Assembly: GCA_018817585.1 (NCBI GenBank)
Contig: JAHITE010000081.1
Coordinates: 68,549-132,548 of the forward strand
Source of the DNA: Candidatus Omnitrophota bacterium
GTDB lineage: Bacteria > Omnitrophota > Gorgyraeia > B26-G9
Length of the DNA: 64,000 bases
Direction of reading: 5' to 3'
Part shown: positions 1-9,131 of the stretch, in pieces
Layout of the letters: the number at the start of each line of letters is the position of its first letter
How positions within the stretch are numbered: the stretch's first letter is position 1
Notes under the pieces: generated by a model
Seen by the model: only the letters and a program-made list of their open reading frames with translations
Told to the model about the DNA's origin: nothing
Database searches by the model: none
Translations under genes and position numbers: made by a program

Positions 1-1022
1 TAAGGGAAAACATGCACTTTTAAAAAACCGGCTTTTCTCACAAAATCCAGCGTATTCTGGAAGTTTTCCTCGCTTTCTCCGGGAAAACCAACCATAACAT
101 CAGTAGTAAAACATATATCAGGAATACATTGCCTAACCTTTTGGATTTTTTTTAAAAACAAGTCTTGAGTATAGCGTCTGTTCATTTTCTTCAAAATCTG
201 ATCATCTCCGCTTTGTAAAGGAATATGCAGATGCGCGCATAATTTATCTGAATTTATTATTTGTTCAATTAATAAATCGTTAACATGAATTAATTCCACA
301 GAACTTAATCTTAAACGCGGCAATTGTTTTATGCCCAGCAGCTGATTAAGCAGCGCTGATAATCCGCCATTTGATTTTGCTGATTCACAGCCCCACATCC
401 CCAGATTTATCCCAGTCAGAACAATTTCCTTAAATCCTTTTTCTGCCAGCCCGGCTGCTTCTTGGGTGATAATTTCCAAATTTTTGCTTGTCGGCAAACC
501 ACGCATATAAGGCACAATACAATAACTGCAAAAATTATCACAGCCATCCTGAATTTTCACAAAAGCCCGGCTATGGCCCTGAAAATCATTAATCAGCGTT
601 TTTCTACTTATGTTTTTACTTTTCTCAAGTGTTACTTTAGATTCAATGATATTTTGACTATTCCCGGGATTTATCGAGATTTGCTCAATAATTGATAATT
701 TATCATCTTGGCTAACAACATGATCAATCCCGGGCTGAAGACTAATATCCGGATTGTTTTTCGCGAAACAGCCAGTAACAATAATTTTGGTCAAAGGGTT
801 TTTTTTACGCAGAGAACGCAGAAGATATCGACATTTACGATCAGCAGCAGCTGTTACTGTACAGCCATTAATAATAAGATAATCCGGATCTTGGTTGGTT
901 TCGCTAAAACCCTGAGCCAAAAACTGCTCTCTGATCAATTGAGTTTCATACTGATTTACTTTACAGCCAAAGGTGTAAAACTGGCAGGTTTTCCCATTAT
1001 TTTTTTTTTGATTCAAACTCAT
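1..1022 (-). CDS. mtaB: tRNA threonylcarbamoyladenosine methylthiotransferase MtaB (runs off the left edge; absent from ORF track)
   Basis: Manual translation from ATG at 1022: MSLNQKKNNGKTCQFYTFGCKVNQYETQ; later INGCTVT and the radical SAM motif GCDNFCSYCIVP preceded by RAFVKIQD; follows rsmE as usual. Confidence 0.9.
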   Translation of the reverse strand, partial: MSLNQKKNNGKTCQFYTFGCKVNQYETQLIREQFLAQGFSETNQDPDYLIINGCTVTAAADRKCRYLLRSLRKKNPLTKIIVTGCFAKNNPDISLQPGIDHVVSQDDKLSIIEQISINPGNSQNIIESKVTLEKSKNISRKTLINDFQGHSRAFVKIQDGCDNFCSYCIVPYMRGLPTSKNLEIITQEAAGLAEKGFKEIVLTGINLGMWGCESAKSNGGLSALLNQLLGIKQLPRLRLSSVELIHVNDLLIEQIINSDKLCAHLHIPLQSGDDQILKKMNRRYTQDLFLKKIQKVRQCIPDICFTTDVMVGFPGESEENFQNTLDFVRKAGFLKVHVFP

Positions 1023-1046
1023 CTAAACAGCCGATTTCTTTTACAG

Positions 1047-1541
1047 TTATTTATAAGCCCAGGTAACTTCATCTATATCCCGATTATAAACAGCAGTGCC
1101 GTATACAATATTTTCTAAATCCCGAAAACAAATCACTTTAATATTTATATCTTCCAGTTCCGGATATTCCTGCTCAAGTCCCAGGATCATTTCCATGGCT
1201 AATTTTTTAACAATTAACATTGATTTTGTTTTTAATTTTAAATTAATCGTAAATGCCAGAAATTTCTCACCAAAACGTAGATCCTCAATATCAAAATTTT
1301 GCTGATAATCTCTCCATCCATTTATGAATTCCATCAAATATAACTGACTTATTTGCTGCTTAGCTTGCGGCTTAACCGGCGCTTTGGAAGCAACATGATA
1401 CATAATTATCACAAAAAAATATAAAAAAATTACCAGCAGAAATATCAAAAGCTTCCGCTGTTCTTTTAGAAAAAAGTTCTTAGCTTTATCCAATAGGCCG
1501 TCGATTATTATTTTTATTGAAGTTTTAGGTTTTCCATTCAT
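1047..1541 (-). CDS. hypothetical protein with one N-terminal transmembrane helix
   Basis: 164-aa ORF between rsmE and mtaB, overlapping the rsmE stop; hydrophobic stretch LLIFLLVIFLYFFVIIMY. Confidence 0.65.
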   Translation of the reverse strand: MNGKPKTSIKIIIDGLLDKAKNFFLKEQRKLLIFLLVIFLYFFVIIMYHVASKAPVKPQAKQQISQLYLMEFINGWRDYQQNFDIEDLRFGEKFLAFTINLKLKTKSMLIVKKLAMEMILGLEQEYPELEDINIKVICFRDLENIVYGTAVYNRDIDEVTWAYK

Positions 1542-2253
1542 AATTTAATATTGATAATACCATAGTTGAAGCAGTTTCGCACCTTAAAACATTTTTTCCC
1601 AATGATACAGCAATCGCGCCGGAATCACAGGCAAATTTCACTTCCTGCTGAGTAAAATCGCCCTCTGGCCCAATTAAAACCAGAACAGACTCAGGTTTTT
1701 CTTTTTTAAAAACATCTTTTATGAAAACCACCTGAGCAGACAAAGCCGCGATTATTGCTAAATCAAATTTAACCGCGTTTTTCGCTATTTGATTAAAGCT
1801 ATGGATTGGCGCGATTCGCGGCACATATAAACAGCCGCATTGTTTAGCCGCTTCAATCGCGATTTTCTGCCAGCGAATTATTTTATCATTTTGTTTAAGT
1901 AAATCAGGTTTTACGATTGTCCGCTCGCTGATCAACGGAATCAGCATATCCACTCCCAGCTGAGTAGCTTTATCAACAATCGCGTCAAACTTAGATTGCT
2001 TGGGAATTGCCGCAGCCAAGGTAATTTTCGGTAATGGAGGCTCAAAGTGCGATAATTTCTCAATTGCGATTACTGCTGAATTAGAATTGATTGTTTCTAA
2101 AGCCCCTCTATATTGATTACCTTTACCGTCAAAAGCAGTAACTTGATCCCCTATTTTGAGTCTTAGCACTTTATGCGCGTGCTTTGCCTGTTCAGCAGAT
2201 ATAAACACTTTATGGGCCTTTAGATCCACTTTATCAATGTAAAAACAATGCAT
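1525..2253 (-). CDS. rsmE: 16S rRNA m3U1498 methyltransferase RsmE
   Basis: HAHKVLRL, EAAKQC, IGPEGDFT, LGKNVLRCETA motifs. Confidence 0.95.
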   Translation of the reverse strand: MHCFYIDKVDLKAHKVFISAEQAKHAHKVLRLKIGDQVTAFDGKGNQYRGALETINSNSAVIAIEKLSHFEPPLPKITLAAAIPKQSKFDAIVDKATQLGVDMLIPLISERTIVKPDLLKQNDKIIRWQKIAIEAAKQCGCLYVPRIAPIHSFNQIAKNAVKFDLAIIAALSAQVVFIKDVFKKEKPESVLVLIGPEGDFTQQEVKFACDSGAIAVSLGKNVLRCETASTMVLSILNYEWKT

Positions 2254-2288
2254 TTTTACCCCGATTTTTTATTTAGTTAAGCTGCATA

Positions 2289-2332
2289 ATATTAAAGTGG
2301 ACGGCAATTAATATTACCGTCCACTTTAATAT
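2289..2332 (-). terminator. inverted repeat, probable intrinsic terminator downstream of the pilin genes
   Basis: Perfect 16-bp arms atattaaagtggacgg (2289-2304) and ccgtccactttaatat (2317-2332), 20 bp past the pilin stop. Confidence 0.75.
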
Positions 2333-2352
2333 ATCATCCTACAAACTTATGA

Positions 2353-2733
2353 TTAAGGCCAGAGATGCTCTGCATAAGTACCAACCTGCGGACATGTAGC
2401 ATGATCAGGCGTACTTGGAACTTCTGTACCTACAACAAGTGTATATGAAGTTTGTGTCTCAGCTTCATATGGGCAAAACGGCTCAGCCGCGATATAACCC
2501 CAATCCACTAGATCGTCCGGAGCATAAGTCGCCCAGGCAATACTCTTATTTTCCTTTGCTTCATAAGTTGCCATTGCTGAAGCTAAACCGCGTAAGTTTG
2601 CAATACAAACCTTTGTATTGGCATCCTCACGTACATCCGCGAATCTAGGTAATATCAGAGCTACCAAAATACCTAGAATAGCAATAACGATCAAAAGTTC
2701 AATTAATGTAAAACCTTTTCTATTCATCACCAT
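2353..2733 (-). CDS. type IV pilin (prepilin cleavage/methylation motif), downstream copy
   Basis: KG|FTLIELLIVIAILGIL class III signal, E5, P22; mature C36, C80, C107, H116. Confidence 0.92.
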   Translation of the reverse strand: MVMNRKGFTLIELLIVIAILGILVALILPRFADVREDANTKVCIANLRGLASAMATYEAKENKSIAWATYAPDDLVDWGYIAAEPFCPYEAETQTSYTLVVGTEVPSTPDHATCPQVGTYAEHLWP

Positions 2734-2763
2734 CCACCCCCTTTTATTTTTACTGCTTTTAAA

Positions 2764-3144
2764 TTAAGGCCATACATGATCTGCATAGCTACCCACATTT
2801 GGACAAGTAACCCGGTCAGTCAATCCGCCGCCGCTGGCTACTAATGTATAACTAACCGGAGAACTTTCACCATCTTCATAAGGACAGCGCGGTTCAGTAG
2901 CTATATAACCCCAATCAACTAAACTAGCTACAGTATAAGGTACGCTTCCCCAATTGGCATCAGTATTCTGCCGGGTTTCATATATTGCCATCGCGGAAAC
3001 TAATCCGCGCATATTAGCCACACAAACTTTTGAATTCGCGTCTTCCCGCACATCAGCAAAGCGCGGCAGAATAAGGGAAACCAGAATACCTAAAATGGCG
3101 ATAACAATCAGCAGCTCAATCAACGTAAAGCCTTTTGTTTTCAC
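2764..3144 (-). CDS. type IV pilin (prepilin cleavage/methylation motif), promoter-proximal copy
   Basis: KG|FTLIELLIVIAILGIL; GTG start with AGGAGG upstream; paralog of neighbour; mature C36, C82, C109, H118. Confidence 0.92.
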   Translation of the reverse strand: MKTKGFTLIELLIVIAILGILVSLILPRFADVREDANSKVCVANMRGLVSAMAIYETRQNTDANWGSVPYTVASLVDWGYIATEPRCPYEDGESSPVSYTLVASGGGLTDRVTCPNVGSYADHVWP

Positions 3145-3158
3145 CCCTTCCCTCCTTT

Positions 3159-3187
3159 TTTATATAATATTCGCGTGTTTTTGTCAA
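3159..3187 (-). promoter_or_regulatory. sigma70-type promoter candidate upstream of pilins
   Basis: Minus strand TTGACA (3187-3182), 17-nt spacer, TATAAA (3164-3159). Confidence 0.5.
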
Positions 3188-3215
3188 GCAATTTATTGTG
3201 GAACACTTAAAGTTA

Positions 3216-3231
3216 AGCAAATAACATGCCA
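3216..3231 (-). promoter_or_regulatory. sigma54 (-24/-12) promoter upstream of pilins
   Basis: Minus strand TGGCATGTTATTTGCT matches TGGCAC-N5-TTGCW with correct GG-N10-GC spacing; a sigma54 activator is encoded in the same locus. Confidence 0.8.
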
Positions 3232-3300
3232 ATTTTTTATTTTTCTTCAGTCGATAATGCGCCGCACAGAATAATTAAATCCGCAGCCGCGGAGTAGATC

Positions 3301-3328
3301 CTTACTCATTCAAATATATCTGAGTAAG
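3301..3328. promoter_or_regulatory. spaced inverted repeat, candidate upstream activator site (or weak pilC terminator)
   Basis: cttactca-N12-tgagtaag, 70-97 bp upstream of the sigma54 -24 element. Confidence 0.4.
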
Positions 3329-3357
3329 CTTTTACCCAATACAGCAAGGCTAATGCT

Positions 3358-4575
3358 TTAATGAATAACCTTAACCAAATTAAACATCGGCAAAAATAAA
3401 GAAAGCGCGATCATGCCAACTATGCCTCCGATAAAAATCAATAAAACCGGTTCAATAATCGAGCTTAATCTTTTTACAGTACTGTCAACTTCGCTATCAT
3501 AAAAATCCGCGATTTTATTTAAAATCGTATCTAAAGTTCCTGATTCTTCGCCAATCGAAACCATATGCCCGACCATTGGAGGAAAAATTTTATTATCGCG
3601 CAAAGGACTGGACATGCTTTCTCCGCGGTTAACATTATCGGCCACAATATTGACGATTTTAGCAATTGCCGCGTTGCCCACAGTAGTTTCCACGATTCTT
3701 AATGATTGAAGAATCGGCACCCCACTGTTAATCAAGGTTCCCAAAGTTCTGGCAAAACGGGAAATACCCGCTTTTTTAATAATTGTGCCGAATACAGGAA
3801 TTCTCAGGATAAACAACTCAATATTGTATTTACCCGCCGGAGTTTTTCGATATCTTAAAAAAAACACAATAAGCCCAACCAGCACAGCCGCAATAGCATA
3901 CCATTTCTCTCTCAACCAATGACTAATCGTTAGTAAAATTTGCGTGGGCAAAGGCAAAGCAACATCCATTGATTTAAATAGTATTTCAAATTTAGGAAAA
4001 ACTCCCATAACTAAAAACAGGACAACCCCGGTTGTGACCATAATAATCAAAACCGGATAAGTCAATGCGGTTTTAACATTCATACTTATTTCTTCGCTCT
4101 GCTCAGCAAACATAGCTAATCGACGCAGGATTTCTTCCAAAGCACCGCCGGTTTCTCCGGCGTTTATCATATTCACGAATAAAGTAGAAAATACTTTAGG
4201 ATGCTTTTCCAATGCCGATGAAAAAGATATTCCCGACTCAACATCATCACGCACTTTAATAATAACTTCCTGAAGCTTTTTATTTTCAACCTGCTGTGAA
4301 AGCACATTTAAACTTGTAACCAAGGTCAAGCCTGAGCCAATCATTGTTGCCAGCTGATTATTAAAAATAACCAGATCACGCGGTTTAACCCGAGCGAATT
4401 TTTCAAAAATATCCACATCCAAAGCACTTTGCTGCGCACGATCTTCTTTAATCGAAACTACAAAGTATCCCATCTGTCTAAGCTTATCAGCAACAATACT
4501 CCGATTAGGAGCATCTAATTTACCGCTAAGCAGTTTTCCTGATGCTTCCCGCGCTTTATAATCAAATACCGGCAT
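3358..4575 (-). CDS. pilC: type IV pilus platform protein PilC (GspF family)
   Basis: MPVFDYKA start, QLATMIGSG, AGETGGALEEIL, ALTYP, GEESGTLD, IIEP motifs. Confidence 0.93.
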   Translation of the reverse strand: MPVFDYKAREASGKLLSGKLDAPNRSIVADKLRQMGYFVVSIKEDRAQQSALDVDIFEKFARVKPRDLVIFNNQLATMIGSGLTLVTSLNVLSQQVENKKLQEVIIKVRDDVESGISFSSALEKHPKVFSTLFVNMINAGETGGALEEILRRLAMFAEQSEEISMNVKTALTYPVLIIMVTTGVVLFLVMGVFPKFEILFKSMDVALPLPTQILLTISHWLREKWYAIAAVLVGLIVFFLRYRKTPAGKYNIELFILRIPVFGTIIKKAGISRFARTLGTLINSGVPILQSLRIVETTVGNAAIAKIVNIVADNVNRGESMSSPLRDNKIFPPMVGHMVSIGEESGTLDTILNKIADFYDSEVDSTVKRLSSIIEPVLLIFIGGIVGMIALSLFLPMFNLVKVIH

Positions 4576-4578
4576 TAT

Positions 4579-5970
4579 TTATTCCTCTTCTTCCAACAAA
4601 TTGCATCTTTTCATTTTATTAAATAAACTTTTTCTGCTTATTTTCAAAAGCCGCGAAGCCTCGGTGCGGTTCCAATTAGTTTTTTTCAAAGCTTTGATAA
4701 TTATTTGTTTTTCCACATCATCAACAATATCTTTTACTGTGTCCAGCAATGATTTGGAAAAATCTACTGACTCAGTGGGAATTTTTATCTCATTATCCAG
4801 ACACTGGATATAAAACGGCAGATCCTGCTTAGTAAGCATATCTTTTTCCGCTAAAACAATCGCCCTCTGGAGCACATTTTCCAATTCCCGGATATTACCC
4901 GGCCAGGAATATTTCATTAAAAGCTCCATTGCCTCCAAAGAAATATGTTTAATCGCTTTATTAAATTCCTGATTGAATTTATGCATAAAATACTCAAACA
5001 ATAAAGGAATATCCTCCCGCCGTTGGCGCAAAGCCGGCAATTGGAGATTGACTACATTGATCCGATAATAAAGATCTTCTCTGAATTCACTTTCCTTTAC
5101 TCCCCGGAATAAATCCTTATTTGTCGCGGCAATAATCCGGACATCAACCTTAATCAGCTGAGTTGAGCCGACTCTTTCAAATTCTTTTTCCTGCAAAGCT
5201 CTTAATACTTTGGCCTGGGTGGACAAACTCATATCTCCAATTTCATCAAGAAAAATCGTCCCGGTATTCGCGGCTTCAAATCTACCGATTTTCTTGGCTG
5301 AGGCATCAGTGAACGCCCCTTTTTCATGACCGAATAATTCGCTTTCCAAAAGACCATCGGGAATTGCCGCGCAGTTTATTTTTACAAACGGATTGCTTTT
5401 TCGCGCGCTGTTGAAATGAATCGCCCGGGCAGCCAGTTCTTTGCCAGTACCGCTTTCCCCTTGGATTAAAACAGTCACCTCGCTATTTACTACTTTTTTC
5501 ATTATTTCAAAAACTTCCCGCATTTTACCGCTATTGCCGATTATCTCGTCAAAATCATAACGTTTATGCAATTCGTCTTTTAGCTGTCTATTTTCGCGAT
5601 TAAGCCTTGAACATTCCAGCGAGCGGCTGATGATCAAACGTAATTCATCAATATCAAAAGGCTTGGTAAAATAGTCATACGCTCCCTTTTTTACAGCCTC
5701 AATAGCGATTTTCTGCGCGCCATAAGCAGTAATAATTACAATTTGCTGCTGCGGACTTATTTGCTTTATCCGGGAAAGAACTTCAAACCCGTCAATCCCC
5801 GGCATCTTAACATCCAAAGTAATTAAATCAAACTTATCCGGCTGATAAAGTTCCAGCGCTTGTTCTCCGGAAACAGCCGAACTAACGTCATATCCTTCTT
5901 TTTTTAAAGCTTCTTCCAGCAAAAAACGAAAGCTTTGATCATCATCCACAACTAAAATTTTTGCCGCCAT
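4579..5970 (-). CDS. sigma54-dependent response regulator (REC-AAA-HTH; NtrC/PilR-like)
   Basis: Receiver (VVDDD, LDVKMPG), GESGTGKE, ESELFGHEKGAFTDA, WPGNIREL, C-terminal Fis HTH. Confidence 0.95.
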   Translation of the reverse strand: MAAKILVVDDDQSFRFLLEEALKKEGYDVSSAVSGEQALELYQPDKFDLITLDVKMPGIDGFEVLSRIKQISPQQQIVIITAYGAQKIAIEAVKKGAYDYFTKPFDIDELRLIISRSLECSRLNRENRQLKDELHKRYDFDEIIGNSGKMREVFEIMKKVVNSEVTVLIQGESGTGKELAARAIHFNSARKSNPFVKINCAAIPDGLLESELFGHEKGAFTDASAKKIGRFEAANTGTIFLDEIGDMSLSTQAKVLRALQEKEFERVGSTQLIKVDVRIIAATNKDLFRGVKESEFREDLYYRINVVNLQLPALRQRREDIPLLFEYFMHKFNQEFNKAIKHISLEAMELLMKYSWPGNIRELENVLQRAIVLAEKDMLTKQDLPFYIQCLDNEIKIPTESVDFSKSLLDTVKDIVDDVEKQIIIKALKKTNWNRTEASRLLKISRKSLFNKMKRCNLLEEEE

Positions 5971-5972
5971 AC

Positions 5973-7421
5973 TTATCCCTTTAACTGTTTAATCGGAAAA
6001 CTAATGATGAATTTTGTGCCTTTATCAATTTTACTTTCCACATCAATCTTACCCTTATGCGTTGATATGATTTGATGGGTTATCGTTAAACCCAATCCTG
6101 TGCCGCCTGGTTTAGCTGTAAAAAACGGATCGAATATTTTCGCCAGATTATTCGCGTCAATTCCTGAACCGGTGTCGGCAAAAATAACTTTTGCTGTTTT
6201 TATATCCGGCTTATATTCGGTTTTAATTGTCAGGTTTCCCACATTTTCCATTGCCGAAAACGCGTTCATAATCAAATTCAAAAACGCCTGCTGGAGTTTT
6301 TTTGAATCCGCGGAAATTAAGGGCAAATCCAGAGCATAATCTTTAATAATTTTAATCTTTTCCTTTTTGCTGTCATGCGCTGCCAAAAGCAGAGTTTGCT
6401 CAATAACTTCATTTAGATTTAATTCAGCAAAATTCACTTCCAATTCAGAATCATCCGGGCGGGCAAAACTTAAAAGTTCTTCAACAACTTTATTCAAACG
6501 ATCAACTTCTTTGACAATCACTGTGGCGTAGGAAATTTTAGGATCATCTGCCTTTAAATCCTCGGCCAGCAACTGAACCAATCCTTTAATTGAGCCTAAC
6601 GGATTTCTGATTTCATGCGCTATGCCCGCGGCCAGACTGCCCACAGCCGCCAGACGGTCGGCGCGGCGCATCTGCTCTTCCAGATGCTTAATATGCTCCA
6701 AATCTTTAAACGTAACAACTATGCCAAGAAAAGTATTTTTTTTATCTCTTAATAAAGATGTTGTTATTCCTATGGGGATTTTTTTCCCGCTTAAAGAAAA
6801 TATATTTATTTCCCGCGATGAACTTGTTTGCTTTTGTTCAAGTGTATCTCGGATAATTTTAGTTAAATCAGAATTATTACCCTCCAAAGGAAAAACCTCA
6901 AATACAGATTTACCAACAATTTCTTCAGCTTCATATCCTAGTATTAACTCTGCCGAACGATTAAAGGTAGCAATCATCCCTTTCATATTAATCGTTATAA
7001 CCCCGCCAGTCATACTGTCGATTATATGTTCATTCAAGGAAGAGACCATGGCATTAAACGATTTGCCCAAAGCCCCGATTTCATCTTCAGTATTAACCTG
7101 GACAGTCCTCGATAAATCACCGGTTGCCACCTGCTGAGCACTTGAAGTAAGTCTTTTAATCGGAAGGGTAATCGCATAGGCCAGAATTATTCCAAAGATA
7201 CCGGAGGCAATAGAAGAAAACCAAACCTGTTTGCCCAGAATAAACATAACTTTATTAAAAATATCCGCGTCCAGGGAATCATAAACTAAGTTTTTCACAT
7301 TACCCTGAACAATATAATAAGAGAAAATTTGCGCACCGAAAACAAGAATAACAATCAAAAGCGGAATGGCAATCATCAGGTTTGTTCTCACTCTTTTTTT
7401 AAGTGAGCTGGGTCTTAGCAT
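5973..7421 (-). CDS. sensor histidine kinase (2TM-HAMP-PAS-HisKA-HATPase; PilS/AtoS-like)
   Basis: AHEIRNPL H-box, NLIMNA, DTGSGI, FDPFFT, GTGLGL; directly upstream of the regulator. Confidence 0.95.
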   Translation of the reverse strand: MLRPSSLKKRVRTNLMIAIPLLIVILVFGAQIFSYYIVQGNVKNLVYDSLDADIFNKVMFILGKQVWFSSIASGIFGIILAYAITLPIKRLTSSAQQVATGDLSRTVQVNTEDEIGALGKSFNAMVSSLNEHIIDSMTGGVITINMKGMIATFNRSAELILGYEAEEIVGKSVFEVFPLEGNNSDLTKIIRDTLEQKQTSSSREINIFSLSGKKIPIGITTSLLRDKKNTFLGIVVTFKDLEHIKHLEEQMRRADRLAAVGSLAAGIAHEIRNPLGSIKGLVQLLAEDLKADDPKISYATVIVKEVDRLNKVVEELLSFARPDDSELEVNFAELNLNEVIEQTLLLAAHDSKKEKIKIIKDYALDLPLISADSKKLQQAFLNLIMNAFSAMENVGNLTIKTEYKPDIKTAKVIFADTGSGIDANNLAKIFDPFFTAKPGGTGLGLTITHQIISTHKGKIDVESKIDKGTKFIISFPIKQLKG

Positions 7422-7430
7422 ATCAGTATC

Positions 7431-9131
7431 CTATCCTTTTGATTCTTCCGCGGTTGCCCGTAAAACTTCTTCCACAGTAGTAACACCATTTAATACTTTT
7501 TGAAAACCATCTTCTCTTAAGGTTTTCATACCATGTTTTTTTGCAACCTGAGTTAACTCTGAGGTGGAAGCATGCTTTAAGATTAATTCCCGAATCGCAT
7601 TATTTACAATCATCAACTCATAAATCCCGATTCTACCTTTATATCCAGTGCCGCCGCAGCTATCACATCCCGCGCCTTTATAAAAAGTATAGCCTTCTGC
7701 TTTGTGTTCCAGATTTAAGCCACGCAAAACATCTTCATCCGGCTTAAACCCCTGCTTACAGGCAGGACAAATGGTTCGAATCAAGCGCTGGGCAAGAATT
7801 CCGGTTACTGCTGAGGCAACAAGAAACGCGTCAATTTTCATATCAATCAACCGGGTTATTGTTGACGGAGCATTATTAGTATGGATTGTACTTAAAACCA
7901 GATGTCCGGTAAGCGCTGACTGAACAGCGATTTCGGCTGTTTCCAGATCGCGAATTTCTCCAATCATAATCACATTAGGATCCTGACGCAAAAAACTGCG
8001 CAAACCAGCGGCAAAAGTTAGTCCAGCCCGCGGATTGATCTGAACCTGATTAATCATTTTCAACCGATACTCAACCGGATCCTCAACAGTAAGAATATTT
8101 TTCTCAATGGTATTTATCGTATTTAATGCTGAATATAAAGTTGTTGTCTTTCCGCTTGATGTCGGACCAGTTACCAATAACATACCATACGGGCGATGAA
8201 TTAAATTCTGCAGCTGGGCAAGGTTTTCCGGTAAAAACCCCAGTTTGTCCATTTCGACAACTACCATGGATTTATCCAAAACACGCAGAACAATTTTTTC
8301 CCCTAAAACCGTAGGTAATGTGGAAACCCGCAAATCAATTTCTCGGCCTTCAAAAACAAATTTAAACCGGCCATCCTGGGGAATCCTTTTTTCAGAAATA
8401 TCTAAACCCGATACAACTTTTATCCGTGAGATAATCGGCAGCTGAACTTCCTTAGGATAAGTTTTCATTTCCATGAGAAATCCATCAATTCGGCAGCGGA
8501 TCCTTATCTCTTGCTCATCAGGCTCAATATGAATATCTGTGGCTCTTGCTTTAACCGACATCTGGAGAATTTCATTAACCAGATCAATGATTTCCGCCCC
8601 GCCTAAGACAGCGGCTTCCTTGTCTTCAGCCTGATGCCGGGTATATTTATCAGTTGAAACAATACTCTCTTCAGGATCAGAAGCCGCGGCTTGATTGTAA
8701 GCTTTATCAAATATTTTAAGCAATTTAGTTCTGGAACAAATCACCGGATCTATCCGCGAGCGGGTTAACTGCGAAACTTCATCAATCGCAAAAACATTCA
8801 AAGGATCAGCCATGGCAATAGTCAGACTGTCGCCCATTTTATCAATAGCAATCAATTCATACCTGCGGGCGATTTTTTCCGGGATAAGATTAACCACTTC
8901 TAGTTTTAAATTATAACTTGAAATATCAATATGGGCAAGGTCAAGCTGACGGGCTAAAGCAATGATCATTTTCTCTTCACTGAGATAACCTAAATCAATC
9001 AAAGTCTGGCCTAAACGCGAGCCGGCTTTTTTTTGTTCTTCCAAGGCCAGCTGAATCTGCTCTTCGGAAACCAGGCCTTGATCAACCAGATATTCTCCCA
9101 GCAGCTTTTTTCTTACTTTATCAGCTGCCAT
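7431..9131 (-). CDS. pilB: type IV pilus assembly ATPase PilB (GspE family) with N-terminal MshEN-like domain
   Basis: DIHIEP, PQDGR, GPTSSGKTTT, TVEDPVE, LRQDPNVIMIGEIRD, CPAC/CDSC; RLGQTLIDLGYL N-terminal motif. Confidence 0.93.
   Translation of the reverse strand: MAADKVRKKLLGEYLVDQGLVSEEQIQLALEEQKKAGSRLGQTLIDLGYLSEEKMIIALARQLDLAHIDISSYNLKLEVVNLIPEKIARRYELIAIDKMGDSLTIAMADPLNVFAIDEVSQLTRSRIDPVICSRTKLLKIFDKAYNQAAASDPEESIVSTDKYTRHQAEDKEAAVLGGAEIIDLVNEILQMSVKARATDIHIEPDEQEIRIRCRIDGFLMEMKTYPKEVQLPIISRIKVVSGLDISEKRIPQDGRFKFVFEGREIDLRVSTLPTVLGEKIVLRVLDKSMVVVEMDKLGFLPENLAQLQNLIHRPYGMLLVTGPTSSGKTTTLYSALNTINTIEKNILTVEDPVEYRLKMINQVQINPRAGLTFAAGLRSFLRQDPNVIMIGEIRDLETAEIAVQSALTGHLVLSTIHTNNAPSTITRLIDMKIDAFLVASAVTGILAQRLIRTICPACKQGFKPDEDVLRGLNLEHKAEGYTFYKGAGCDSCGGTGYKGRIGIYELMIVNNAIRELILKHASTSELTQVAKKHGMKTLREDGFQKVLNGVTTVEEVLRATAEESKG

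Noticed and set aside
462-1305. Plus-strand ORFs 462-695, 708-1118 and 1096-1305
   Set aside because: Antisense shadows of mtaB and the neighbouring gene; no motifs
2353-3144. Electrically conductive pili (e-pili) hypothesis
   Set aside because: One pilin has 12 F/Y/W in 119 residues with F1, F24 and Y50, but positions 27, 32, 51 and 57 are not aromatic and no cytochromes are nearby
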